A stretch of DNA of 64,000 nt, from assembly GCA_048940925.1 (NCBI GenBank), contig JBHLOC010000028.1, forward strand, positions 8,274 through 72,273, read 5' to 3'. Source of the DNA: Promethearchaeota archaeon. Its GTDB lineage: Archaea > Asgardarchaeota > Lokiarchaeia > Sigyniarchaeales > SOKP01. Under the pieces are notes generated by a model that worked only from the letters and a program-made list of their open reading frames with translations, did not search any database and was not told where the DNA came from. A program made the translations under genes and the position numbers. This document shows, piece by piece, positions 29,137 through 40,013 of the stretch (position 1 is its first letter; each line of letters begins with the position of its first letter).

Positions 29137-30642
29137 TTAAGGATAATACTTTCTTACATATATATGAAAATAAAGAGGAAAGTATAAAACCGAGACTACT
29201 ATTTCTTTCCATCGTTGGAACAATTGTTTTCTTCTGTTAATAATCGATCGTATTACAAATTTTAAATACCCCGTATTTTTAATCCGATTAGATACTTCGT
29301 TAAATTCTGTATCTATAATAATAAAACGTTTCGTATACTTTTTATAACGTCGAAACAATTTCTTTAACCCATAACCGGTATATCTATTAAAAATTAATAT
29401 TGTGATTACTTTTTGATTCTCAAGTGAATCCAACATCCTAATTTTTAATGGACTTACAATAGAATTATTGACTTTGAGCTTTTCTCGGAGAAATTTTATT
29501 AATTGGGGTGGGAATTGATATGGAATTAATAGATTCTCAAATTTTAATGATCTTAAAATACTTTGTTCATATAAGACGTTTAGAATAGATTTGAATACCC
29601 TGTACGCTTTTAATTCGGTTTTTTTATAAAACTGAAATAATTCATTATAAATCTCTTTATAATCATTTTTCACATCTTTTTTCTCCAAATAATCTTTATT
29701 CAAATCGTAAAAGGCAAATTTTCCATTATCATTAACTAACTTCCAAGAATCTTTGATTATCATTGTTTTTTTGACTGATTGAAACATTAAATAACAATCT
29801 CCTCTAACTTTTCTGTCTCTATTAACATCGATATCATTTTCGATTAAATCTTTGAATGAAATTGATTCTCTTTCATGTGTCGCTTCAAGATTTAGATAAT
29901 CTAGAATAGTTTCCATAATATCTAATAAATAAACTCTTTTTCTAATCTTTTTAGGTTTAGAGTTCGTCAGAGTTGATGGTAATTTAATATATAAAATAGG
30001 TTGCACAGAAGATTGATGTATATCATCGAAATGTAATAATTTTGTTTTTTTATACAAATTCTTATCATAATAACCATGGTCAGAGTGGATAATAATGATA
30101 GACTTATCCCAATAATCTTTATTCTTTAAATAATCTATAATTTTATTTAAAAATAAATCAGTTTCAGGATCACTGGGCTTAAAAAAAACAAACAGAAAAT
30201 TATTTTTATTTCGGTTAAGTCTCTCTGCCTTTCCGAGAAATAATTGATAAACTTCCCTCGCATCTAACCAATGATCTCCTTTATACAGCTCCTCGTCAAA
30301 ATATGGATTAATAATTTCTTCAAAAACTTTTACTTGTTCTCTTCCAAACAATATTGATTCAATATTGTAATCATTTTTTTTTAAAGGATTAATATTATTT
30401 TTAGATTTCAAACTAGGAAGGTTTTCGATTGAACGATAATAATCAGGGAATACAAAATAAGGGAATCTTCCAGTTAAAATTGAAAAAAGTGATAAATTGG
30501 TCGATGGGAATTGAGATATACAATCCTCGAAATAAAAACCTTCATTTCTATCTCTTAATTTTTTATATGTTGGAAGGATTCCGTGTAAATCAGGTCGTTC
30601 ATAATTGCAAATTGAATCAGTGACAATCCAGAAAATGTTCAT
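29137..30642 (-). CDS. Alkaline phosphatase-superfamily (sulfatase-like) hydrolase/transferase
   Basis: NIFWIVTDS, PSTNLSLFSILTG, IIIHSDHG, LLDIMETILD and FYDL..D..E motifs. Confidence 0.8.
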   Translation of the reverse strand: MNIFWIVTDSICNYERPDLHGILPTYKKLRDRNEGFYFEDCISQFPSTNLSLFSILTGRFPYFVFPDYYRSIENLPSLKSKNNINPLKKNDYNIESILFGREQVKVFEEIINPYFDEELYKGDHWLDAREVYQLFLGKAERLNRNKNNFLFVFFKPSDPETDLFLNKIIDYLKNKDYWDKSIIIIHSDHGYYDKNLYKKTKLLHFDDIHQSSVQPILYIKLPSTLTNSKPKKIRKRVYLLDIMETILDYLNLEATHERESISFKDLIENDIDVNRDRKVRGDCYLMFQSVKKTMIIKDSWKLVNDNGKFAFYDLNKDYLEKKDVKNDYKEIYNELFQFYKKTELKAYRVFKSILNVLYEQSILRSLKFENLLIPYQFPPQLIKFLREKLKVNNSIVSPLKIRMLDSLENQKVITILIFNRYTGYGLKKLFRRYKKYTKRFIIIDTEFNEVSNRIKNTGYLKFVIRSIINRRKQLFQRWKEIVVSVLYFPLYFHIYVRKYYP

Positions 30643-30778
30643 TTAAACATCATTTATTTTAAATTTATAATAACTTTTATTACGTATAATTGAAAGTATT
30701 TTAAAACAAAATAATCAATGTGATAAAGAAATTATTGAAGAGTTAAAAATCTTGTTGATTTCTTTTGTTTTCCTACTT

Positions 30779-31693
30779 TTATTCTATGTCTTCCTTCCAA
30801 GAACTCAAACTTTTGTTCAAGAGATTCTCTAATTTTTCAATATCTTTTTTATAAATGTCATAAAGATATTTTCGAGTTGCGAGATCTATGGAAGTTTTCG
30901 CAACATCTTCAATCTCATTTTTAAATATAATTTTTCTATCAAATTTTACAAGTTTTCGGATATATTCCATTATATCACTATTAATTATGAAAATTTTTAA
31001 CTTCGGGAATTTATTTAACCAAGAACCTATTTTAAATATAATTTTTGATAAGAAAGGAATTTTACTTTGTGCAGACTTACTCCCTGTCTTTAGGACAATT
31101 TTATTAATGAGGTTAGGTATAAATTCTTGATTTTTTAATCCTAGAAAACTATAAATCTGCTGCATATATTTTAATGGATCTTTTTTTATATCGTCAAAAA
31201 ATAAGATTAAAACGTGTTCCCTTGGAAAAATTTGATAACAACTTTTAAGTTGTTTGTAATAAAAACCTCTTTCGACAAGGTTAGCCTTATCATTTTCCAA
31301 GGCCTCTCTAAAATTTTTATATACACTTAATCTTCCACCTAATTGGATACTATATTGATACTGAGAAAAGGCTCTATCAATCGGATTTCTCAATGAAATG
31401 ATCAATTTTACACTTGGAAAATGTTTATGAATTAAAGATAAAGCATGTGGAAATCGTATATAACTTGCAGTGAACTCTCCTTTTATCTTATCTTGAGGAC
31501 AATGTTTATACATGGAGAAATAATAATCAAGACCTTTTTTGTATCTAAAGGGCCAATCAAAAAAATGAGGCTCTTTTTCAGAACACATACAAATCTCAGG
31601 ATGTTCCTTTAAACATTCGAAAATCCAAGACGTGGCAGCCTTCATTACTCCTATTCCAATGAAGTCCACCTTGAATTCTCTTTTAGTAAACAT
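30779..31693 (-). CDS. PAPS-dependent sulfotransferase
   Basis: 5'-PSB GVMKAATSW, KEPHFF, and 3'-PB LRNPIDRAFSQY. Confidence 0.92.
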   Translation of the reverse strand: MFTKREFKVDFIGIGVMKAATSWIFECLKEHPEICMCSEKEPHFFDWPFRYKKGLDYYFSMYKHCPQDKIKGEFTASYIRFPHALSLIHKHFPSVKLIISLRNPIDRAFSQYQYSIQLGGRLSVYKNFREALENDKANLVERGFYYKQLKSCYQIFPREHVLILFFDDIKKDPLKYMQQIYSFLGLKNQEFIPNLINKIVLKTGSKSAQSKIPFLSKIIFKIGSWLNKFPKLKIFIINSDIMEYIRKLVKFDRKIIFKNEIEDVAKTSIDLATRKYLYDIYKKDIEKLENLLNKSLSSWKEDIE

Positions 31694-31938
31694 AAGTCAA
31701 AAAATCGTCTCTAACTTTTAAATTTTTCCGAGAGTATAAGTTTTTTATTGAATTTTATAGTTTCAATTAATCAGTAATATGTTTAAGCTTCGATTTTACA
31801 TTATTTAATAACTAGAGTTAATTTAATAAAATCTTAGAAAGTATAAGAAGCAGAAAATTGCAATTAAAAGGATTACTTCAAAGAATAAATAAAAGATTCG
31901 TTTATATTCTTTAAATGTAAATTAAATTTTTCATACTT

Positions 31939-33051
31939 TCAGTGTTCCAAAGATTTTTCATATATATTTAATACTATTTGGGCACTTTTTTTCCAAGAAT
32001 ATAATTTAACTCGTTCCAATCCTTTCTTTATTAAATCATTCTTTAGAACATCATCTTCTAATAATCGTACAATCTTATTTGCTAATTCGATAGGATCTGA
32101 ATTGTTTTCTAATAAAATTGCTGCATTTCCTACGATTTCTGGTATAGCAAAAGCCTTTGAAGTGATTACTGGACAACCACACGCCATAGCTTCCAAATTA
32201 GGCATACCAAATCCTTCAAAAAAAGAGGGAAACAGAAAAATCTCTGCTAAATTAAAAAGTTTAATGACATCTTTACGAGGAATAAAACCGGTAAAAATTA
32301 TATTTTTAAGAATTTTATATTTTTTGGCAAAATCTAATACTTTTTTATTTTTCCATCCCTTGCCACCCAAAATTAAGGTTAAATCTTTTTTTTCTTTTCT
32401 TATAAGATGAAATGCCTTTAAAATTATCCAAGGATTTTTTCTTTCTGAAAATTTACTCAAGTGGAAGATAAAAGGTTTAGTTATACCATATTTTTCCTTA
32501 ATTTTTTCTGGTCTTTTTTGAAATATTTTGAAATCGCTATCCACTGCACTATGAGTAAAATAAATTCTCTCTTCTTTTAGATTGCATTGATGGGTTAGGA
32601 ATTTTTTTACTGCTTTAGAACCTATAAAAAAGTAATCCATTCGTTTAAATAAAAGAGGTTTTATAAATTTAGCATGGAATCTTTTAATTTTACTGAATTG
32701 TGTGGGAAAATAAAGTTCAGCTGCACCTCCTCCATGAATAGTCGTAATTTTTTTTGGGTTTTTTAACCAGACAGGGGAAAATATAGTTAAGGGGTAATAA
32801 TGAAGTATATCGAAATTCTCTTTTTTAAGCTTAAAATGAGCAAAAAGGGGATTTCTCGGAATAATCAATTCCTGAGCTTTTCTATAAATTTCATGGTCAT
32901 TTTTAGTGTAATGTATAAGTGTAATACTAAACTTATCATTAATTTCTAATACATGATTTAAAAGCTGTCTTAAATGACTACCACTTCCACTTGTTCCCTG
33001 ATCTATAGGTTTAGTAAAGATACCAACCTTTGTTTTGTATTTAAATGTCAA
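31939..33051 (-). CDS. Glycosyltransferase family 4
   Basis: FPSFFEGFGMPNLEAMACGCPV and RKN motifs. Confidence 0.92.
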   Translation of the reverse strand: MTFKYKTKVGIFTKPIDQGTSGSGSHLRQLLNHVLEINDKFSITLIHYTKNDHEIYRKAQELIIPRNPLFAHFKLKKENFDILHYYPLTIFSPVWLKNPKKITTIHGGGAAELYFPTQFSKIKRFHAKFIKPLLFKRMDYFFIGSKAVKKFLTHQCNLKEERIYFTHSAVDSDFKIFQKRPEKIKEKYGITKPFIFHLSKFSERKNPWIILKAFHLIRKEKKDLTLILGGKGWKNKKVLDFAKKYKILKNIIFTGFIPRKDVIKLFNLAEIFLFPSFFEGFGMPNLEAMACGCPVITSKAFAIPEIVGNAAILLENNSDPIELANKIVRLLEDDVLKNDLIKKGLERVKLYSWKKSAQIVLNIYEKSLEH

Positions 33052-33369
33052 ACTTTTCTCAAGGCCTTTTAAAGCATTGTAAATTGTAAAAATCCTTTAT
33101 ATTTGAATTACATGATGTTCAATTCTTTAAGCTCTAATATTCAAGAATATTATAAATACAATACGAATTAAAACAACGTATCCTATCAAACTTTTCTTTA
33201 ACAAATCAAAATTTTTAAAATTTTAAAACATTACTTTATACTTAATGAGGTTTTCACGATCAATTTCTTTCGAGCTTATTAATTTCATAAACTTAATTTG
33301 AGATTCGTAATTTTCTTTTTTTAATTTAATTTCAGAATACATTTCATTCCTAAAATATAATAGAGGATT

Positions 33370-34998
33370 ATTACGAATCAGTCAAGTAGAGATAATAAAG
33401 AATATAGGAATTTAGCTACAAATACATTCTTTTCCTTTATGTTTAATTACAGTTCTCTTTTTTTTACATTCGTATATTCATTTCTTTTAGCTCGATTATT
33501 TACTGATGCTTTGTGGGGGCTTCTAATATTAGTTACATCATACATCATGATAATAGTAACAATTACATCTTTATTTCCACCTGGACTTAATTTTGCGTTA
33601 AATTATTATATTCCAAGGTATCTCGCATTAAATGAAAAAGCTAAGATTAAATCTCTAATTAGAAATTCAATTATATTAAAACTTTCTCTTTTAATTCCAA
33701 TTTTCATTATCAGCATTCTCTTATTTAATATATTTAGCTATTTTTTTATAGATACTTTTGTTTCTCTTTTTTTTATTTTATCCCCCCTCATTTTCATAAA
33801 CAGTTTTAACTTAATTGTTTTAGCAATAAATCGAAGCTTTAATAGATTTAATTATAATTTCTTGTTCTTAACATTGAAAAATGGTATTCATATTATACCT
33901 CTACTTGTATTTTTTATTTTTGATATTCACATTGAAATAGAGATTGCTGCTTGGATAGTATTAATTTCAAGTATAATCCCCTTTTTGTTAAACTCGCTTT
34001 TTGTGTTTATAATGGTCTATAAAATTAAACCAATCGGAAATAAACCCGATTCATTTAAAGAAGACATATCTAAAACATTTAAATATGGTAGTTATATAGG
34101 ATTTACTGATCTCATCGAAAGACTTTCGAAGGAATCCCAAGTTCAAGGAATTGGGTTCATAATATCACCAAATGTTGTTACAGGTTATAATATCGCTACA
34201 AATTACCAAAAATTAGGTGAGTATTCAATTGCCTCTTTTCAGTTTCCATTATTAACTTCTTTTACAAAACTGAACACGAAGGAAATTTATGAGCAAATAG
34301 ATATAATTTATAGAGTTGCTTATAAAATAACATTATTTCTATTATTAATAATATCAGGAATTTTATTTTTTAGCGTTGAATTTGTTTTAGATTTTGTGTT
34401 TCTTGAAACACGTTTAATTTATTCAAATTATCTTCGTTTAATCGTACTAGCCTCTATTTTTCAAGTTTTAGCGATATTTGTACAAACGTATTTCAATGCT
34501 CAACATAAAGTAAAGTTATCATTAATTTTAAGAATATTCTATACTTCAATTAGTATTCCATTATTTTTTATAGGGCTTTACAATGATGGGGTTGAAGGAG
34601 CAATCTTCTGGGGATTAATTGTAGGCAACATTCTCTCAATGGTTATTCAGATTTTTGCAATCTATAAATTTGGAAACATCAAATTAAATATTAAAGGTAT
34701 AATACTCCAATATCTAACATTTTTTATTCCATTAATTATCACAATTCTCTTAAAAGATTTTATATATAAAGAAGCAACTTTAAACTTAATGGAAAATTTG
34801 GGATTATCATTATTTAAAAAACTAGATTTTCTATCTTTAGGAACATTCTTAATCCTCTTTATATTAATGAATTTAATTCTTAAAACTGTTACTTCTTCTG
34901 ATATCAAATATTTTGAATCTTTCTTAAATAAAGAGAAATTTCTTGATAAATATATGTTAAAAGGTCTAAACATTTTAAAGAGATTTACAAGAGGTTAG
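33370..34998 (+). CDS. Polysaccharide flippase (Wzx/MOP family), probable ATT start
   Basis: About 14 TM helices. The frame extends upstream of ATG 33439 as ITNQSSRDNKEYRNLATNTFFSF, a typical flippase N-terminus, up to TAG at 33361. Confidence 0.8.
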   Translation: MTNQSSRDNKEYRNLATNTFFSFMFNYSSLFFTFVYSFLLARLFTDALWGLLILVTSYIMIIVTITSLFPPGLNFALNYYIPRYLALNEKAKIKSLIRNSIILKLSLLIPIFIISILLFNIFSYFFIDTFVSLFFILSPLIFINSFNLIVLAINRSFNRFNYNFLFLTLKNGIHIIPLLVFFIFDIHIEIEIAAWIVLISSIIPFLLNSLFVFIMVYKIKPIGNKPDSFKEDISKTFKYGSYIGFTDLIERLSKESQVQGIGFIISPNVVTGYNIATNYQKLGEYSIASFQFPLLTSFTKLNTKEIYEQIDIIYRVAYKITLFLLLIISGILFFSVEFVLDFVFLETRLIYSNYLRLIVLASIFQVLAIFVQTYFNAQHKVKLSLILRIFYTSISIPLFFIGLYNDGVEGAIFWGLIVGNILSMVIQIFAIYKFGNIKLNIKGIILQYLTFFIPLIITILLKDFIYKEATLNLMENLGLSLFKKLDFLSLGTFLILFILMNLILKTVTSSDIKYFESFLNKEKFLDKYMLKGLNILKRFTRG

Positions 34999-35059
34999 TT
35001 ATATCAAAAAAAGTAATTTCAAAAAAAGAACAAAATGATTATGATAACACATCATATTC

Positions 35060-36025
35060 CTATTTATTCACACTTTTCCTTAGCCAATTGTATGTTTTTT
35101 GTAATCCTTCATCTATACTAATTTGGGGATTAAAATTTAATATTGTTTTGGCCTTATTTATGTCTGAATGTGTAATATCTACATCTCCTTTTTGCTTTTC
35201 AGCATAAATAATATTTTTAGGTTTTTTTGCAATTTTGTATATTTTTTCCACTAGTTGATTTACACTAATAGGACTCGAATGCCCTAAATTAAATATTTCT
35301 CCAGATGATTTCCTACTTTCACATGATAAAATTAGACCATTCACTATATCTGAAACATATGTAAAATCTCTGAGTTGTTTTCCATCTCCATAAACTATTA
35401 TCTTTTGATTTTGAAATACTAGATTAAAAAACTTACTTATTGCCATATCTGGTCTCCCTCTTGGCCCATAAACAGTATAAAATCTAAGAGTAATAGTAGG
35501 GAGATTATATTCTCGAAAAAAATAGTCAACGTACATCTCACAACATAATTTTGAGACAGCATATGGAGATATAGGATTTTTAGGATGTTCTTCATCAACT
35601 GGAGTATAAATTGGATTGCCATACACAGAAGAAGATGATGCATAAATAAACTTTTTAACATTATTGTTGACAGCATATTCTAAAATATTGAGAGTACTAA
35701 TGATATTATTATTAGTAGTCTTTCCTGCATGTTGAATAGAATATCTTACACCTGGTTGAGCAGCAAGATGAAATATAATATCAATATCGCAATTTATGCT
35801 CTTAAATATTGATTTATTTAATAAATCTCCTCTAATTAGATGATAATCTTTTAAATTTTCATAATTTTTAGTTATTTCTTCTACATTTTTTTCCTTTCCA
35901 GAATAATACTCATTAAAATTATCTATTATTATGATATAATTATTTTCTATTATTAAATTCTCAAAAAGGTGGGATCCTATAAAACCCGCACCTCCAGAAA
36001 TCAAAATGTTTTTATTTTTGATCAT
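35060..36025 (-). CDS. Nucleotide-sugar epimerase (UDP-glucuronate 4-epimerase-like)
   Basis: GGAGFIG, HLAAQPGVRYS, YAVSK and FYTVYGPRGRPDMA motifs. Confidence 0.9.
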   Translation of the reverse strand: MIKNKNILISGGAGFIGSHLFENLIIENNYIIIIDNFNEYYSGKEKNVEEITKNYENLKDYHLIRGDLLNKSIFKSINCDIDIIFHLAAQPGVRYSIQHAGKTTNNNIISTLNILEYAVNNNVKKFIYASSSSVYGNPIYTPVDEEHPKNPISPYAVSKLCCEMYVDYFFREYNLPTITLRFYTVYGPRGRPDMAISKFFNLVFQNQKIIVYGDGKQLRDFTYVSDIVNGLILSCESRKSSGEIFNLGHSSPISVNQLVEKIYKIAKKPKNIIYAEKQKGDVDITHSDINKAKTILNFNPQISIDEGLQKTYNWLRKSVNK

Positions 36026-36251
36026 GTTGATTTCAATTTCTTTTTTTAAATTTAGTATAGTTATTCTAAGAAAGAATAAATTAATTATATTACTAAAAAA
36101 TTCTTAAATTTGTCTATTGGAAAGAATATTTTTTGTAAATATCTTTTAAACTTTATAATAATAATTTATTTTATATAAATCAAGAAATATCATAACTTTT
36201 TGTGCTAAATCTTTTAAAGGATAAAAGAACATGTTAAATAGTCTATCAAAA

Positions 36252-37406
36252 TTATTGATATAACCATTCAAAATTCTTAATGTTTCTTTCCCATAGGAAC
36301 TTAGCTTGTATTTTATCCAAGCTATTTTTTATAAATTTATTTCTTAAATCTTCATCTCGTAACAGTTTTTTAATTGATCGTGCATAGCATATATAATTTT
36401 CTGTTTCACATAAAAGACCATTTTTAAAATGATTTATTAGATCTCTTGTACCTGCGATATTACTAGCAACTATTGGAACTTGGAAAACCATTGCCTCCAT
36501 TAAGACCCCAGCTAAACCTTCTCCTCTACTTGGAAGAAAAAATATATCTGCCTGCCCATAAAAATTATGAACATCAAGTCTATTCTCTATAAATAAAATT
36601 TTTTCTTCTAATCCCAATGTTAAAGCTTTGTCCATTGATTTTTTCCGCTCAGGGCCATCTCCTATCAATAAAAACTTGATATTCTCATTTTTTAATAAAA
36701 AAGCAGTTTTTAGAATTAAATCAATCCCTTTCCTTTTATTATGGAGTCCAATAAATAAGATTATTTTTTCATTTTCAAGAATGTTAAAAATCTTCTTTAT
36801 ATTTTTATCAGGCGTTTTTGGTATTAAATCGATTCCAGTAGGAGTAATTTTGATTTTTCTTTTAGGAACACCTGCTTTATCAGCATATTTAATTAAGGAT
36901 CTTCCATAAATTGTTATATAATTAGAAGCAGTAAAAACAAGTTTACCTAATGTTTTAAAGAATATCTTAAAGATGACATCTAATTTCGATGACACTTTAA
37001 AGGAATAAGACGGTATCGTATCCATTGTGAGAATTAGTTTTTTTTTATTAAAGAATAGGAGTTTTATTAAACATACCATAAATGTATTTGGATAGAATGG
37101 TACCCACGCATGAACTATGTCATTTTCTTTTAATATTTTCCAACATTTTTTAAAGAATTCTAAATTAATAGGAATAGGCCAAGAATACCCTGAAGATTTT
37201 GTCCAAACGGGGTAGGTTATCAGATGGATTCCCTTAAAATCGTCGTAATGTCTTGAAAATATTTTTTTTAATTCACTTTTTTTTCTTGGAGTAAAAATTG
37301 ATATATGATATTCTTTTTTTTTTAAGTTATTCATAATGTAAGCAATTGGTCTCTTTGTATTAATACCTGGATTAATATAACAAATTCTTTTATACTTTCT
37401 ACTCAT
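36252..37406 (-). CDS. Glycosyltransferase family 4
   Basis: RKG, GDGPE and PSRGEGLAGVLMEAM motifs. Confidence 0.92.
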   Translation of the reverse strand: MSRKYKRICYINPGINTKRPIAYIMNNLKKKEYHISIFTPRKKSELKKIFSRHYDDFKGIHLITYPVWTKSSGYSWPIPINLEFFKKCWKILKENDIVHAWVPFYPNTFMVCLIKLLFFNKKKLILTMDTIPSYSFKVSSKLDVIFKIFFKTLGKLVFTASNYITIYGRSLIKYADKAGVPKRKIKITPTGIDLIPKTPDKNIKKIFNILENEKIILFIGLHNKRKGIDLILKTAFLLKNENIKFLLIGDGPERKKSMDKALTLGLEEKILFIENRLDVHNFYGQADIFFLPSRGEGLAGVLMEAMVFQVPIVASNIAGTRDLINHFKNGLLCETENYICYARSIKKLLRDEDLRNKFIKNSLDKIQAKFLWERNIKNFEWLYQ

Positions 37407-37709
37407 AAATAAGGAAAAGAAGTATGAAATTTTTAAATTATTTTTTTTAAAAGAGTTTTCATTAGATCAATCTTAAAATAGCTAATACTATAAGTTTTTT
37501 GAAAAGATTAATAATAAAATATTTCTAATCCTTGAGTTAACAAAAAATTAGAAAAGATATGTTATGAATGAAATAGTCATAAATATATAATTAATAAAAT
37601 AATTAGTTTTTATATAAACAAATATTTTAACACATATCGATATTTTGTCATAAATTAGATTTCGAATTGATAATAGGAACTGTTTTTAATAAATCTAGGA
37701 GTCTTTATT

Positions 37710-38546
37710 TTGAAAACATTAATATCTTCTGAAGATTCGAGGTATACTACTAAAAAAAATACAAATGAATCTCTAGATTCATATTACCTTTTTCCAGGTT
37801 TAAAAATAGGTGTGATAATACCCGCTTATAATGAAGAATTGAATATAGGAAAAACACTTGAAGAGATTCCCGACAATATATCAGAAAAATTTGATGTTAT
37901 AGTAGTGGATGATGGATCCACTGATAAAACTAGCGAAATTGCTAATCGTTATAATATAACTTTAATTAAACACTCCCAAAATAAAGGATATGGAGCTGCA
38001 GTTACAAGTGGATTAAATTTTTGCAAACAAGACAAATTTGATGTTGTAGTTATACTTGATGCTGATGGGCAACATGCTCCAAAGTATATTAAAGATTTTA
38101 TAAAACCTATTGTCGAAGAGAATGTAGAGTTTGTCATTGGAAATCGTTTTAACTATCACTATGATATGCACAGCCTTAAGAAACTATCAACTAGAATTAT
38201 GACTGCCTTTTATCTGGTATTTTTTCGAAGAAAAATAAAGGATCCTACTAATGGATATAGATCATTATCTTCAAAAATAATAAAAAATTTAGAACTTGAA
38301 TCTGTATATTCGATCTCACAAGAGATGCTTTTCAAAATTATTCCCTTCTACAAATTAAAACAAATTCCTATTATTGTTAGACAGAGGAACCACGGGGAAT
38401 CCTTTATAAAAATGAGAAATTATTTACTCAAAATAATCTTACTCTTCTTAAAATTTTATATTTTTCCAAAAATCAAAAAAATAACTCATAAATTTTTAAG
38501 TAGTGATTTCAGGCAGAGAGTTAAAAAATATTATCTAAGAACTTAA
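37710..38546 (+). CDS. Glycosyltransferase family 2 (DPM1-like polyprenol-phosphate glycosyltransferase)
   Basis: IPAYNEE, VDDGSTD, NKGYG, DADGQH and GNRF motifs. Confidence 0.92.
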   Translation: MKTLISSEDSRYTTKKNTNESLDSYYLFPGLKIGVIIPAYNEELNIGKTLEEIPDNISEKFDVIVVDDGSTDKTSEIANRYNITLIKHSQNKGYGAAVTSGLNFCKQDKFDVVVILDADGQHAPKYIKDFIKPIVEENVEFVIGNRFNYHYDMHSLKKLSTRIMTAFYLVFFRRKIKDPTNGYRSLSSKIIKNLELESVYSISQEMLFKIIPFYKLKQIPIIVRQRNHGESFIKMRNYLLKIILLFLKFYIFPKIKKITHKFLSSDFRQRVKKYYLRT

Positions 38547-38592
38547 AATTATTTAAATAACCCAATATAACGGGTTTTCTTGTCTATATTCA

Positions 38593-39789
38593 TTAACATT
38601 TTTGATAGTGTAACAAATCTCTATTAAATTTATCCATAATATTTTTCCATAGAAATTCTTTTTGGATTTTTTTATAACCCATTGTTCCTAATTTCAATTG
38701 TAGATCCTTATCTTCAAGTAACATTAAGAATTTATCTACAACATCATTTTTAGAAAAATCTCGTTTTATAATAATCCCAACCTCATTATTTTTAGTGACA
38801 TCATGAGAGATTGGTGTGCTGATAAATGGCTTTTTGCAAGCCATGTATTCTAAACACTTAAGAGGGATACAATATCTCCAAATTTTCTTGTGAGTAATCC
38901 TTCCGATTCCTATGTCACTATTATTTATATAAAAGGGGATTTTATGGTGATGTTTTTGACCTAAAAAATGGACCTGGCTATCTAGATTATTCTTTTTAAT
39001 AAAATCTATAAGATAATTCTTATATATTCCCTCTCCTAGAAAAATAAAGTGAGTATCTCTATGTGCTCTTAGAATTTCAGGTAAAATTGGTATAAAATCT
39101 TGTATACCAACATCAGGAGTTAAGATACCATTAAATATTACTATATTTTCACATCCATAATCATCCTTGAGGGAATCTTGATTCTTTATAGGGAAGAATA
39201 GATCATCATCAATTCCATTATGATGAACCTTAAAATTTACTTTTCGGAGTTTATCACATTTTTCAAGGTATCTTATCATTTCAGATGTAGTTGCATAAAA
39301 TGTTTCACATTTTGTTATAGATTTAAATATAGAGGGAAAAATAATTGATTGAAAGAGTCTAAATGAGATAGAAAGGGCTTTTAAATCGATGAAAACATCA
39401 TGCGATCTTACTACATGAGGAATTTTTAAGATTTTTGAAAGATGAGCTCCTGCTACGCTTGCAAAATGATATGGGTGATATTGAGATATAATAATATCAG
39501 GTGTAAAATTAAACCTATATTTTGCCAAATATTTTATTATATTCTCGTAATGGGAAATCAATAAATTGAGAGGAAACTTTATTATAGAACTTGAGAATTC
39601 AACCTCCAAATTCGATATGTTAAGTAAATTCTTTGATTTCAAAGGTATAATATTTCTACCTATAGTTCCTGGTGCTAAAACTAAAATTTTATGCCCAAAA
39701 TTATGTAAACGTTTAACAATTTCTAATGTGTTAATAGCTGCAGCTCCGGCTATAGGTGGAAAGTAATTGACTAAATATAAGATATTCAT
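38593..39789 (-). CDS. Glycosyltransferase family 4
   Basis: NYFPP, HNGID and PLKCLEYMACKKP motifs. Confidence 0.9.
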   Translation of the reverse strand: MNILYLVNYFPPIAGAAAINTLEIVKRLHNFGHKILVLAPGTIGRNIIPLKSKNLLNISNLEVEFSSSIIKFPLNLLISHYENIIKYLAKYRFNFTPDIIISQYHPYHFASVAGAHLSKILKIPHVVRSHDVFIDLKALSISFRLFQSIIFPSIFKSITKCETFYATTSEMIRYLEKCDKLRKVNFKVHHNGIDDDLFFPIKNQDSLKDDYGCENIVIFNGILTPDVGIQDFIPILPEILRAHRDTHFIFLGEGIYKNYLIDFIKKNNLDSQVHFLGQKHHHKIPFYINNSDIGIGRITHKKIWRYCIPLKCLEYMACKKPFISTPISHDVTKNNEVGIIIKRDFSKNDVVDKFLMLLEDKDLQLKLGTMGYKKIQKEFLWKNIMDKFNRDLLHYQKC

Positions 39790-40013
39790 ATAAGAATTAA
39801 CTTAATTTTATTAAATTCTATTATTTACTTACCATTAAATTATCCATAAATTATTAACTTGATTAATAAGAGCAAAAATTACCTAAGATTTTAGAGATAT
39901 GTATATTTTAATTAATATATAATAACTTAATTCTCAACTTCTAAAAGAAACAAATTATTTCATAAACATATTAAAATTAATATAAAGAATACCTATAAAA
40001 AATAGATTAGAAA

